Positions 11,631 through 20,541 of a DNA stretch of 32,000 bases are shown here, piece by piece. Origin of the DNA: Sinorhizobium meliloti (lineage in GTDB: Bacteria; Pseudomonadota; Alphaproteobacteria; Rhizobiales; Rhizobiaceae); contig NZ_JAGIOS010000001.1 of the NCBI RefSeq assembly GCF_017876815.1, positions 3,630,001 through 3,662,000 on the forward strand, read 5' to 3'. Every line of letters begins with the position of its first letter. Position 1 is the stretch's first letter. The notes under the pieces are model-generated. The model was not told the DNA's origin, ran no database searches, and was given only the letters and a program-made list of their open reading frames with translations. The position numbers and the translations under genes are program-made.

Positions 11631-12952
11631 GTTTGCCCGGGCGCCAGGGCCGTGCGCCGCCAGAAGTCCGAGACCATTGCCGGATCGCGCAGCGCCTCCA
11701 GCCTTTTCCAGGCGGGAAATGATGCTTCGAAGATGGCTGGGCTCATGCGGAAGTCCTGGCACGGATTGACCGCACCGCCGGCCACGACGGCAATCTCGTC
11801 GAGAGCGTCGAGCAGCTTGACGGTGGCCTCGCCTTGATTGGCAAAGTCCATGGTCAGGGCGAAGCCCGGTCTCGAAAAGGAGAGAAGCCCCGGGGAGGCT
11901 ATGCCACCGAAACGGTGCAGCTTCGTCCGTACGGACCCATGACCGGCACGGCGGGCTGTTTCGAGCAACCGCGCCGTGGTCTCCGGCGCGGTCGCAACGG
12001 GATACACGCTTTGATGCTGGCAGAGGCCACGCCGCCCGTAGAGCCTGCGCCACCCGCCGATCGCGTCGAGAGGGTGAAAGTAGGAAGTCCACGTCTGCGT
12101 CGACACGGTCTCACCACGGTCGTGCTTGCGAAAGCGGTATTCGTTCAGCATTTTCAGCGTCACGCTGTTGAACAGACTGAAGGGCGGCGAAAAAGGCACG
12201 GCGAGCCTCGGCCCCTTCGGGATATCAGGATATTCGCAAGCGCCGTCGGCGTGATCCGCGGCGAACAGGACGCCCCTCCCCATGCGCCGTCCCGTCGCGA
12301 GCTGGTCGAGCCAGGCTACGGCATACTCGTGCTCCTCTTCGGCCCATTCGGCCAGCGTGAAATATCGATCGAGACTATCGAAGCGAAGCACGTGCCGCTG
12401 GACATGCGGCGACGGCACCTTCATCAACCGAAGCTCGACGTCGAGGATCAGCCCGGTCAGTCCCAGGCCGCCGATCGTCGCAGCGAAGAGTTCTGCATTC
12501 TCCTCGGGCGAGCAGACGAGGCGTTGGCCCGTCGAACGCAGCAAGGTCAGGCGCCGGACGTGATTGCCGAAGGAGCCGCGCGCATGGTGATTGCCACCGT
12601 GGATGTCGTTGGCGACGGCGCCGCCGACGGTGACGAGGCCCGTCGCCGGCGTCACGGGAAGAAAGAAGCGATGCGGAACGGCGCGCGCCAGCAGGTCGGC
12701 AAGGATAGTGCCGGCCTCGCAGCGAATGGTCCCGCTCCCCGGATCGAAAGACAGGATGCGGTTATGCTTCCTGCTTTCGATAAGGGTCCCGAATTGGTTG
12801 CGGCAAACATCGCCGTGGCTCAGGCCATTGCCGACGGGAAGAAACGCCATGGCGGCCACCGAGCTTATGCCGTCCTCGTAGTCATCGGGTGAAACGGTCG
12901 GTCGAGACCGGTTTCCAAACCGACCCGCTTCCTCGAAATCGTCCATTCTCAT
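11627..12952 (-). CDS. FAD-binding oxidoreductase (FAD_binding_4 family, DprE1/ALO-like)
   Basis: It has a PVGNGLSHGD FAD-binding N-terminal motif and GGAVANDIHGGNHH. It is about 441 aa from the ATG at 12952 (the track start at 12991 is TTG; an alternative ATG lies at 12946). Its stop overlaps the yceI stop by 4 nt, convergently. Confidence 0.65.
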   Translation of the reverse strand: MRMDDFEEAGRFGNRSRPTVSPDDYEDGISSVAAMAFLPVGNGLSHGDVCRNQFGTLIESRKHNRILSFDPGSGTIRCEAGTILADLLARAVPHRFFLPVTPATGLVTVGGAVANDIHGGNHHARGSFGNHVRRLTLLRSTGQRLVCSPEENAELFAATIGGLGLTGLILDVELRLMKVPSPHVQRHVLRFDSLDRYFTLAEWAEEEHEYAVAWLDQLATGRRMGRGVLFAADHADGACEYPDIPKGPRLAVPFSPPFSLFNSVTLKMLNEYRFRKHDRGETVSTQTWTSYFHPLDAIGGWRRLYGRRGLCQHQSVYPVATAPETTARLLETARRAGHGSVRTKLHRFGGIASPGLLSFSRPGFALTMDFANQGEATVKLLDALDEIAVVAGGAVNPCQDFRMSPAIFEASFPAWKRLEALRDPAMVSDFWRRTALAPGQT

Positions 12953-12980
12953 TACCGCCGTCAACTCCACAACCGATCGC

Positions 12981-13859
12981 CTAGCGGTCAAGGATCCAGT
13001 TCAGCGCCTCTCGCCAGTCCGTCATTCTGATCGGAGTTCCATGCGAACCTGTTTCGAACAGGACGAAACGGACAGGATAGGCCTTCGATCTGAGGCTGCG
13101 ATAGAGCGCGACCTGGGACTCGGCCGGATAGACGCTGTCGCGGCTGCCGTGGCTGAAGAGTATCGGCAGCCGCGCGCTGTAGGCGGCACTCTTGCGAAAG
13201 TCGGGGTCGGCGGGGCCGCCCATGATCATCATGCCGCCAAGGGCCGAGACGGCTGCCTCTTGGCGGGCTATGCCCCAGCAGATGAAGCTTCCCATGGAGG
13301 CACAGGAAAGGATTACCGGCCCTCCGCCGGAACGCTCCGCTGCGAAACGGATCAGTGCCGAAACATCCGCTACGCCCGCAGCATCGAAGGACCTGACGCT
13401 TGGAGCGTAATAGGTTCCGCCATTGACGACAGCCAGATTTTTGAGGCGATTGAAATTGCCTCCGAAGGCGAAATCATTGGCACCGAGACGGCGGTCGCCG
13501 CCGCGACCATGAATAAAGATCACGGTGAATGCGGCGCCGCGATCGGGGCCGACGCGGGTGACGTCAAGCCCCCGCTCGCCGAAACCGAGCGTCTCGTTCA
13601 CCTGCACGCTCTTGACACCGAGCGACACGTAAGCGCGCTTCACCCGCCGCTCGGGTATCTGGTCGCGCTCGTTGATGTCGCGTAGTTCCTGGTAATCGAC
13701 AACGCGGAAGTCGCCGCCATCCGCCTCCTGAAGCAGTTTGCTATAGCGAAACAGCGCGTCCTTGTAGGGCTTAACGGGTTCGGCCCTTGCGGAAACGGCA
13801 AGGCTCGCGAAAAGAAGCGCGCCGATCAGATGCCGTATGGAGAAAAGAATTGTGGACAT
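12981..13859 (-). CDS. secreted alpha/beta hydrolase (serine hydrolase fold)
   Basis: Only the C-terminal 292 aa of the 974-aa track ORF look real. It has a signal peptide (MSTILFSIRHLIGALLFASLAVSARA), an HG box (FIHGRGGD), a nucleophile elbow (SCASMGSF), and Asp/His candidates (SHGSRDS, ETGSHG). A GTG 6 nt upstream has better RBS spacing. Confidence 0.65.
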   Translation of the reverse strand: MSTILFSIRHLIGALLFASLAVSARAEPVKPYKDALFRYSKLLQEADGGDFRVVDYQELRDINERDQIPERRVKRAYVSLGVKSVQVNETLGFGERGLDVTRVGPDRGAAFTVIFIHGRGGDRRLGANDFAFGGNFNRLKNLAVVNGGTYYAPSVRSFDAAGVADVSALIRFAAERSGGGPVILSCASMGSFICWGIARQEAAVSALGGMMIMGGPADPDFRKSAAYSARLPILFSHGSRDSVYPAESQVALYRSLRSKAYPVRFVLFETGSHGTPIRMTDWREALNWILDR

Positions 13860-14108
13860 GGACACCCGATCGGCTCCCTCGTTCGGCGCCTGCCTTGCCA
13901 CCGGCGCCTCGGCCAAGCAACACTGGCGCGGCAAATCTGGCTCATTAAAGGGTATTTCTTCCTCCGGGGCATCGAAATTCGCCTTTTGTTCGCTCTTCGG
14001 GCGAGACTCTGGCAGAATTCCGGTGATTCGCGCGACAAAGGATGGCGGCCGCGCCGCGGTCTTGCTATGGCCTAGCCGACAATTAGACAGGAACGATCTG
14101 AACGCTTC

Positions 14109-16169
14109 ATGGACGACAGCAGCGACCTTTTTTCCGCTATGCCCCAACAGCCGAAGCCGGCGGATGCCGCGCCACGCAAGCCCGCGGCCCCCGCCGCCGG
14201 TAACGAAGCGTCGCGCCCCGCACCCAAGACGAGCGACGGCAGCGACTACGACGCCTCGGCAATCGAAGTGCTGGAAGGTCTGGAGCCGGTCCGGCGCCGT
14301 CCGGGCATGTATATCGGCGGGACGGACGAAAAGGCCCTGCATCATCTGTTCGCCGAGGTCATCGACAACTCGATGGACGAGGCGGTCGCGGGACACGCCA
14401 ACTTCATCGACGTGAACCTGGACGCCGACGGCTACCTGACGGTGACCGACAACGGCCGCGGCATCCCCGTCGAGAACCACCCGAAATTTCCCGGCAAGTC
14501 GACGCTCGAGGTGGTGATGACGGTGCTGCATGCCGGCGGCAAGTTCGACGGCAAGGCCTATGAGACCTCCGGCGGCCTGCACGGCGTCGGCGTTTCCGTG
14601 GTCAACGCACTGTCGGACGACCTTGAAGTCGAGGTTGCACGCAATCGCCGGCTCTATCGCCAGCGCTTCTCCCGCGGCATCGCGCAGGGCGGCCTCGAAG
14701 ACCTGGGTGACGTACACAACCGGCGCGGCACCAGGGTCCGTTTCCACCCCGACCCGCAGATCTTCGGACCGCATGCCCGCTTCGAGCCGGCGCGGCTTTT
14801 CCGAATGGCCCGCTCCAAGGCCTATCTCTTCGGCGGTGTGGAAATCCGCTGGTCCTGCGATCCGGCGCTCCTGCCGGAAGGTTCGGAAATCCCGGACAGG
14901 GCCGTGTTTCATTTCCCCGGCGGCCTCAAGGACTATCTCGCCGCCACGCTCGGCAAGGAATTCACGGTCACCCGCGAGATTTTCGCCGGCAAATCGGAAA
15001 AGTCCGGTGGCCACGGTTCGCTCGAATGGGCCGTCACCTGGTATGGCGGCGACCAGCAGATCCATTCCTACTGCAACACCATCCCGACGCCCGAAGGGGG
15101 AACGCACGAGGCGGGTCTGCGCATTGCGCTGACGAAGGGGCTCAAGAACTACGCCGAGCTCACACAGAACAAGCGCGCTGCGATCGTCACCACGGACGAT
15201 GTCATGATCTCTGCGGCAGGCATGCTCTCGGTCTTCATTCGCGAGCCGGAATTCGTCGGTCAGACGAAGGACAAGCTGGCTACGGTGGAGGCGCAGCGCA
15301 TCGTCGAAAACGCGCTTCGCGATCCTTTCGACCATTATCTCGCCGACAATCCGGCAGAGGCGGCCAAGCTTCTCGACTGGGTGGTGGAGCGCGCCGAGGA
15401 GCGTGTACGCCGGCGCAAGGAAAAGGAAGTCAGCCGCAAGACGGCGGTCCGCAAGCTGCGCCTGCCGGGCAAGCTCGCGGACTGCGCCCAGAATACGGCG
15501 GAAGGTGCCGAACTCTTCATCGTCGAAGGGGACTCGGCCGGCGGTTCGGCCAAACAGGCGCGCAACCGCGCCAACCAGGCGATCCTGCCGCTGCGCGGCA
15601 AGATCCTCAACGTCGCCAGCGCCGGCCGCGAGAAGCTCGGTGCCAATCAGCAGATCGGCGATCTCGTCCAGGCGCTCGGCTGCGGCACGCGCTCGAAGTA
15701 TCGCGAAGAGGACCTGCGCTACGAGCGCATCATCATCATGACCGACGCCGACGTCGACGGTGCGCACATCGCCTCTCTTCTGATCACCTTCTTCTATCAG
15801 GAGATGCCGGAGCTCATCCGCGGAGGCCATCTCTATCTCGCCGTGCCGCCGCTCTATCGCCTGAGCCAGGGTTCCAAGACGCTTTATGCCCGCGACGACG
15901 CGCATCGCGAAGAGCTGATGCGGACGGAGTTCAATGGTCGCGGCAAAGTCGAACTCGGGCGGTTCAAGGGCCTCGGCGAGATGCTGCCCGCGCAGCTCAA
16001 GGAAACCACGATGGACCCGGCCAAGCGGACGCTCCTCAAGGTCGAAATCGACGATGTCGACTTCGAGGGCACCCGCGATGCCGTCGACAGCCTGATGGGA
16101 ACGAAAGCCGAGGCCCGCTTCCGTTTCATCCAGGAGCGCGCGGTCTTCGCGGACAACCTGGACATCTGA
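14109..16169 (+). CDS. parE: DNA topoisomerase IV subunit B
   Basis: 686 aa with a GHKL ATPase domain (GLHHLFAEVIDNSMDE, GGLHGVG), Toprim (EGDSAGGS, IMTDADVDGAHI) and no GyrB-type insertion. The N-terminal P/A-rich extension of about 45 aa makes the exact start uncertain. Confidence 0.9.
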   Translation: MDDSSDLFSAMPQQPKPADAAPRKPAAPAAGNEASRPAPKTSDGSDYDASAIEVLEGLEPVRRRPGMYIGGTDEKALHHLFAEVIDNSMDEAVAGHANFIDVNLDADGYLTVTDNGRGIPVENHPKFPGKSTLEVVMTVLHAGGKFDGKAYETSGGLHGVGVSVVNALSDDLEVEVARNRRLYRQRFSRGIAQGGLEDLGDVHNRRGTRVRFHPDPQIFGPHARFEPARLFRMARSKAYLFGGVEIRWSCDPALLPEGSEIPDRAVFHFPGGLKDYLAATLGKEFTVTREIFAGKSEKSGGHGSLEWAVTWYGGDQQIHSYCNTIPTPEGGTHEAGLRIALTKGLKNYAELTQNKRAAIVTTDDVMISAAGMLSVFIREPEFVGQTKDKLATVEAQRIVENALRDPFDHYLADNPAEAAKLLDWVVERAEERVRRRKEKEVSRKTAVRKLRLPGKLADCAQNTAEGAELFIVEGDSAGGSAKQARNRANQAILPLRGKILNVASAGREKLGANQQIGDLVQALGCGTRSKYREEDLRYERIIIMTDADVDGAHIASLLITFFYQEMPELIRGGHLYLAVPPLYRLSQGSKTLYARDDAHREELMRTEFNGRGKVELGRFKGLGEMLPAQLKETTMDPAKRTLLKVEIDDVDFEGTRDAVDSLMGTKAEARFRFIQERAVFADNLDI

Positions 16170-16185
16170 AACTCGCGATCGCCCC

Positions 16186-16656
16186 TCACGCCTCCTGCCG
16201 AACCGGTTTTTCCATGAACAGGCTCAGCGGATCAGGTAGATAGCTGCCGAAGGGCGCACACTCCACGTAGCCGGATGCCTTGTAGAGACCGATCGCTTCC
16301 GGCTGATAGATGCCGGTCTCAAGACGGATTGCCGTGAGACCGAGCTTTGCCGCTTTGGCTTCGAGAACCGATAAAAGCAGCTTGCCAAGCTTCAGCCCCC
16401 TCGCCTCCGGGTCGACGAACATCCGCTTGATCTCGGCCGTACCGTCGCCCGCTTCGACGAGGCCACAGCAGCCGACGACTTCGCCGTCACGGCGGGCCAC
16501 GAAAAAGGATACGGTGGGCTGCTCCAACTGAGACAGATCGACCAGATGATTGCTTTCGGCCGGATAGAGCGATGCCGCATAGGCATCGGACAATTCCAGA
16601 AGGCGAATAACGGCCGGCTGGCGCGGCGACTCTTCGGCGATGGTTACGGCGGTCAT
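16186..16656 (-). CDS. GNAT family N-acetyltransferase
   Basis: 156 aa from MTAVTIAEE (GGAGAA RBS). It has an acetyl-CoA motif region (RMFVDPEARGLKLGKLLL) and the C-terminal motif YKASGYVECAPFG. Confidence 0.8.
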   Translation of the reverse strand: MTAVTIAEESPRQPAVIRLLELSDAYAASLYPAESNHLVDLSQLEQPTVSFFVARRDGEVVGCCGLVEAGDGTAEIKRMFVDPEARGLKLGKLLLSVLEAKAAKLGLTAIRLETGIYQPEAIGLYKASGYVECAPFGSYLPDPLSLFMEKPVRQEA

Positions 16657-16882
16657 TTCAGTTTCTCCATTCGGTCCCGTCCGGACGCACATGATTTCAA
16701 CGCTCTAATGCCGAAGATCGCCGGGACCAATACGCCAAACGACGCAATTTCGCAGCTACTACAATCAATCCGCGTAACGGGGAGAAACAATTTGTTTCGG
16801 CGCCCGCCGGCTTTTGCCCTTCTTTGGAAAGAATCGGACGGCCATAAAAAAGCGTCGTCATCATCTGAACGGAAGAGTGACC

Positions 16883-17314
16883 ATGAAAGCCGCCCTGATC
16901 GTCATGACCATTCTCGGTTGCGACGACAACATTACCCAATGCCATTACATCTCGACCGTGAACGGCGACTGGCCGTCGATCGCGCAGTGCGACACGGAAT
17001 CGCAAAAGGAACTGCCGCGGTTCTCCGACAGGAACTACCCCGTCGTGGTGGCCGTGTGCGAGAGCTCAGGGCCGGGCATGACGGCGGAAAGCGAGCCGGT
17101 TCCGGAGCTGAATGCAACGCTTCCGGCTCAGCCGGGCGTGCAGCAAAACACAACATCAACGGCAGAAGGCGGAGAACCAACCTTGCCGAGGCGCGCCCTG
17201 GCATTGATCAGCGGCGCCGTACCCGACCGGGAGAAACTGAAGGCGATCGTCAGTGCACCGGTCCACTACGTCGAAGACGGCTATTCCTGGGTGGCGCGCC
17301 GATTCGGCAATTGA
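16883..17314 (+). CDS. hypothetical small lipoprotein-like protein
   Basis: MKAALIVMTILGC has a lipobox-like ILGC. There are four Cys in the first 60 residues, then a low-complexity segment. GGAAGAG RBS. I recognise no family. Confidence 0.5.
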   Translation: MKAALIVMTILGCDDNITQCHYISTVNGDWPSIAQCDTESQKELPRFSDRNYPVVVAVCESSGPGMTAESEPVPELNATLPAQPGVQQNTTSTAEGGEPTLPRRALALISGAVPDREKLKAIVSAPVHYVEDGYSWVARRFGN

Positions 17315-17329
17315 GGTAATCAAGCCGTC

Positions 17330-18463
17330 TTACGCGGCCTGGCGGGAGAGCAACAAGGCGTAGTTGCGCGCCCTCTGCCGCTGCTCGGCAAAAGCCAGCC
17401 GCTCCGCGAGTTCGGCGACGGCGTGATATGCGCCGAAGCTTCGGCGGCGAAGGCGATCCGAAAGTCTGGCGGCGACGGAGAGGGAGGCTCCATCGTGATC
17501 CGCATCTGCCTCGCATTGGCAGAACAATACGGCCTCCGAAAACATTCCGCTCACTTCACGGCCAAGCCCCGCAGTTTCGAGGAGAGCCCTGATCGAGTGG
17601 AATCGCCCGCCCGAAAGGATCGACCGGACGCGCTTCTCCGGGACTCCGGACAGATCCACGATTGCCGCAGAAAAAAACTCCGTCCTGCCGCTGCAAAGCG
17701 CCGTCAGCAGCAGAGCCGGCGTCAGGCGGCCGGTTTTGCGGAGAGCGGCAACCATCCGCTGCAATTCCTCCCGCGCGGAGGCGGAGGAAAGCGTCAGCGC
17801 TGCCGCGTCGCAAGTCTCCCGCACGACACGCTGCGCCCGGTCCTCGCCGATAACGGCGCGTACCAGGTCAGACGCCGCAAGCGCCGCGCCGGCTTTTTCG
17901 GCGAGGGTCTGGCGCGCGTCGCTCGGCAGATCATGACGCTCGAGCAACAGGCCGCGGGCGGCCACGCTATCGCCGAGGCGGTCGGCAATTCGCCGCAACG
18001 AGCCCGGAGAAAGCCTGGCCCCCGGATTTTCCAACAGGATGAGCACCTCTTCCTCGCCGCCAATCTCGGCGATGGCAGCCGCAACGGCGCATGAGACGTC
18101 GCTGCGGGAGGCGATCAGCGCCCGCATCTCCGCGCCGCCGTCCGCCGCCATGTCGACAAGATCGTCGTCATTCAAGACCGGTGAGCGGGAAATCGCGATG
18201 TAGGCAATCTCGGGCTGGTCCTGCGCAAGCGCCTTGATGATCGAGCGCGGCACAATCGGGCAATCCGCCAGCGCCTCGGCAAGAGACCGCCGCACCTTGG
18301 GCGAAGGATCGTCGAGGAGAAAGGTCATCGCCATTTCGACCGCCTGCCGATCGATGCCATTCACATCGGCCTGAGCAAAGGCACGACCAAGCGCACTGGC
18401 AGCACTGGCGCGTTCGCTGGCTTTCGCCGTTTCCACCCAGCGAAGAAATGCTTGTATGATCAC
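17330..18463 (-). CDS. DUF2336 domain-containing protein
   Basis: 377 aa, all-helical and Ala/Leu/Arg-rich. The N-terminus IIQAFLRWVETAKASERA and the repeated HEAT-like segments resemble the Rhizobiales DUF2336 family. GTG start. Confidence 0.55.
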   Translation of the reverse strand: MIIQAFLRWVETAKASERASAASALGRAFAQADVNGIDRQAVEMAMTFLLDDPSPKVRRSLAEALADCPIVPRSIIKALAQDQPEIAYIAISRSPVLNDDDLVDMAADGGAEMRALIASRSDVSCAVAAAIAEIGGEEEVLILLENPGARLSPGSLRRIADRLGDSVAARGLLLERHDLPSDARQTLAEKAGAALAASDLVRAVIGEDRAQRVVRETCDAAALTLSSASAREELQRMVAALRKTGRLTPALLLTALCSGRTEFFSAAIVDLSGVPEKRVRSILSGGRFHSIRALLETAGLGREVSGMFSEAVLFCQCEADADHDGASLSVAARLSDRLRRRSFGAYHAVAELAERLAFAEQRQRARNYALLLSRQAA

Positions 18464-18535
18464 CTATGCCCCACTAGTCACCCGAGCAGCCCCATGCTCG
18501 AAGCCTAGCGGCCAAAGGTTTAAGATTGGTTCACC

Positions 18536-19246
18536 ATGTCTGTTAACGGCGCGCAAACCATCCTACCGCTCCTGTATCTGCCGGCCGGCGAACCGGTGCC
18601 TCGCAGGGAGATCCTGACCGCCTTCCGAGCGGTCGTGATTGCCGGGAGCGAAACTGGCCTGCCGCCCTCGGATCTGCCTCGACAGGACGCCGGCTGCCTG
18701 TTGCTCGCCCGAATCGAAACGAGTAGCGATCCCGGTGAAGACGAGCTTGCCGCTTTGATCGGCAGCGGCTTCGACGGCGTCGTTCTGGCCGGATGCCGCG
18801 GCCCCGCAGACATTCAACGGCTCGATGTGCTGCTCAAGGTCGCCGAGGCGGCGGCCAGCAAGCCCCAGGGCCGAACGGTTATTCTTGCGGAATACGCGAC
18901 GACGCCGGAAAGCGTCCTGTCGCCTCACTCGCTGGCGGGTGCCTCATCGCGCCTCTCGGCACTGGTGTTCGATGCCTCGGCCCTGGCCGAAGCGTGTGGT
19001 TGCAGGCGCGTGACCGAAACGGGCGACGTGCCGGCTGTCGTTCGAGCCGGCCGTGCTGCGGCAGTCCTGAGAGCCTGCGAGGCCCGCATCGCGGCTTACG
19101 ACATGCTGCCTATCGACGCCGAGGATGAGGCGACCGTGCGGCGCCTGTGGAAAAACAGCGTGGAGAACGGCTTTTCGAGCGTTGCCCTCCGCTCGCCGCA
19201 GCAGATCGACCTTCTTGCCGCTGCAGGCGTCGTGCCGGAAGTCTAG
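18536..19246 (+). CDS. HpcH/HpaI aldolase / citrate lyase beta (CitE)-like protein, possibly degenerate
   Basis: 236 aa. The layout resembles CitE-like TIM barrels (GFDGVVLAGCRGPADIQRLD, SALVFDASALAEACG, VLRACEARIAAYD, ENGFSSVALRSPQQI). I do not see the usual N-terminal DLEDAV-type motif. Confidence 0.45.
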   Translation: MSVNGAQTILPLLYLPAGEPVPRREILTAFRAVVIAGSETGLPPSDLPRQDAGCLLLARIETSSDPGEDELAALIGSGFDGVVLAGCRGPADIQRLDVLLKVAEAAASKPQGRTVILAEYATTPESVLSPHSLAGASSRLSALVFDASALAEACGCRRVTETGDVPAVVRAGRAAAVLRACEARIAAYDMLPIDAEDEATVRRLWKNSVENGFSSVALRSPQQIDLLAAAGVVPEV

Positions 19247-19254
19247 AACCTGAT

Positions 19255-19857
19255 CTAGCGAACAGGCCGCATCATCTCGAAGACGTCGCCGCCATCGCAA
19301 TAGTCCATGTAGCCGAGCCGGGCGAGCGGCTTGACGGTCGCCATGTCGAACCGCCCATCGCGGATGGCCTCCTCGCGGATGTGAATGCCGACCACTGCGC
19401 CGATGACGACATAGCTGTCGGAAACGACGCCATCGATACCCTTGGGCCGGAAGATCTCCGTCATCCGGCATTCCAGCGCCGCGAATGCCTCGCCCACGAA
19501 GGGAGCCTTCACGAGCGTTCCCTCTACAGGCGTCAGTCCGGCGATCTCGAACTCGCTTTCACCATGCGGGGCGGCCACCGAGGTGAGATTGACCGCCTCG
19601 CTCAGGTTGCGGCTGGCAAAGCTCGCGGTGAACTCCCCGGTCGCCTCGATGTTGCGTACCGAATCCTTGTAGCCGCTCGAGGCGAACATCACGAGCTTCG
19701 GCCGGTCGCTGATGGCGTTGAAAAAGGAATAGGGCCCAAGGTTCAGCGCCCCATCGGCCCCGCGCGTGCCGATCCAGCCGATCGGTCTCGGCGACACGAT
19801 CGCCTTGAAGGGATCGTGCGGCAGGCCGTGCCCGTTTCCGGCGGTGTCGTAGAACAT
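19255..19857 (-). CDS. flavin reductase family protein (FMN-binding split barrel)
   Basis: 200 aa from [29 protein letters not shown]..., with LNLGPYSFFN, typical of the flavin reductase-like domain. The track ORF 19255..20292 is an artefactual 5' extension. Confidence 0.8.
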   Translation of the reverse strand: MFYDTAGNGHGLPHDPFKAIVSPRPIGWIGTRGADGALNLGPYSFFNAISDRPKLVMFASSGYKDSVRNIEATGEFTASFASRNLSEAVNLTSVAAPHGESEFEIAGLTPVEGTLVKAPFVGEAFAALECRMTEIFRPKGIDGVVSDSYVVIGAVVGIHIREEAIRDGRFDMATVKPLARLGYMDYCDGGDVFEMMRPVR

Positions 19858-20441
19858 CAGTCGCCCTCCCCGACCCAGGTGACGATCTCCTCGAGTTCGG
19901 GCCTGGGGCGCTCCGTCGGCGGCACCATTGCAGTGCCGATGTGAATGAAGCCCGCAATCTTCTCGCCCGGCGCCACGCCGAGCAGCGGATAGGCCCGTTC
20001 CTCGAAGGCATACCATTCGGTCAGCCAGTTCGAGGCGTAACCGAGCGCATTTGCGGCCATCAGCAGATTGAGGCAGACGGCACCAGCCGACATCTGCTGC
20101 TCCCATTCCGGAATCTTGAAATGCGGCGCCGCCTTGCTGACCACGGCGACCACGACCGGCGCGCGCGTCAGCCGCGCCTCCTCGACCTTGATCATCTCTT
20201 CCGGCATGTCCGGCTTGGCGGCAAGCGCCATCTTCTTCAGTTCGGCGCTGATGCGCGCCCTCTCCTCGCCCCGATAGACAATGAAGCGCCACGGCGCCAA
20301 TTTGCCATGATCCGGCACGCGCGAGGCGAGCTTCAGCATTTCCGCGACTTCCGCCTTGCTGGGTCCTGGCTCACCCATCTGAAAGGCCGGGATGGACCTG
20401 CGGGAGGCAAGATAGTCGACAAGCTTTATTTCGGTTTTCAT
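19857..20441 (-). CDS. nitroreductase family protein
   Basis: 194 aa with [19 protein letters not shown] and [11 protein letters not shown] motifs. Its stop overlaps the flavin reductase start by 1 nt (TGATG). Confidence 0.8.
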   Translation of the reverse strand: MKTEIKLVDYLASRRSIPAFQMGEPGPSKAEVAEMLKLASRVPDHGKLAPWRFIVYRGEERARISAELKKMALAAKPDMPEEMIKVEEARLTRAPVVVAVVSKAAPHFKIPEWEQQMSAGAVCLNLLMAANALGYASNWLTEWYAFEERAYPLLGVAPGEKIAGFIHIGTAMVPPTERPRPELEEIVTWVGEGD

Positions 20442-20541
20442 ATCGAGCGAATTCCACTAGTTTGCCGCCGCATCGGCAGCCACGAAAATGCCATACCGGC
20501 GTCCCAAGTGGAGTCACCCAGTCAAGAAGTCAACTGCTCTC

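Noticed and set aside
12981-15905. 974-aa ORF, the longest in the track
   Set aside because: Residues upstream of MSTILFS lie antisense to parE and are Arg/Ala/Gly-rich with no recognisable domains. This is typical of stop-free antisense frames in high-GC DNA. Only the last 292 aa (12981-13859) form a credible protein.
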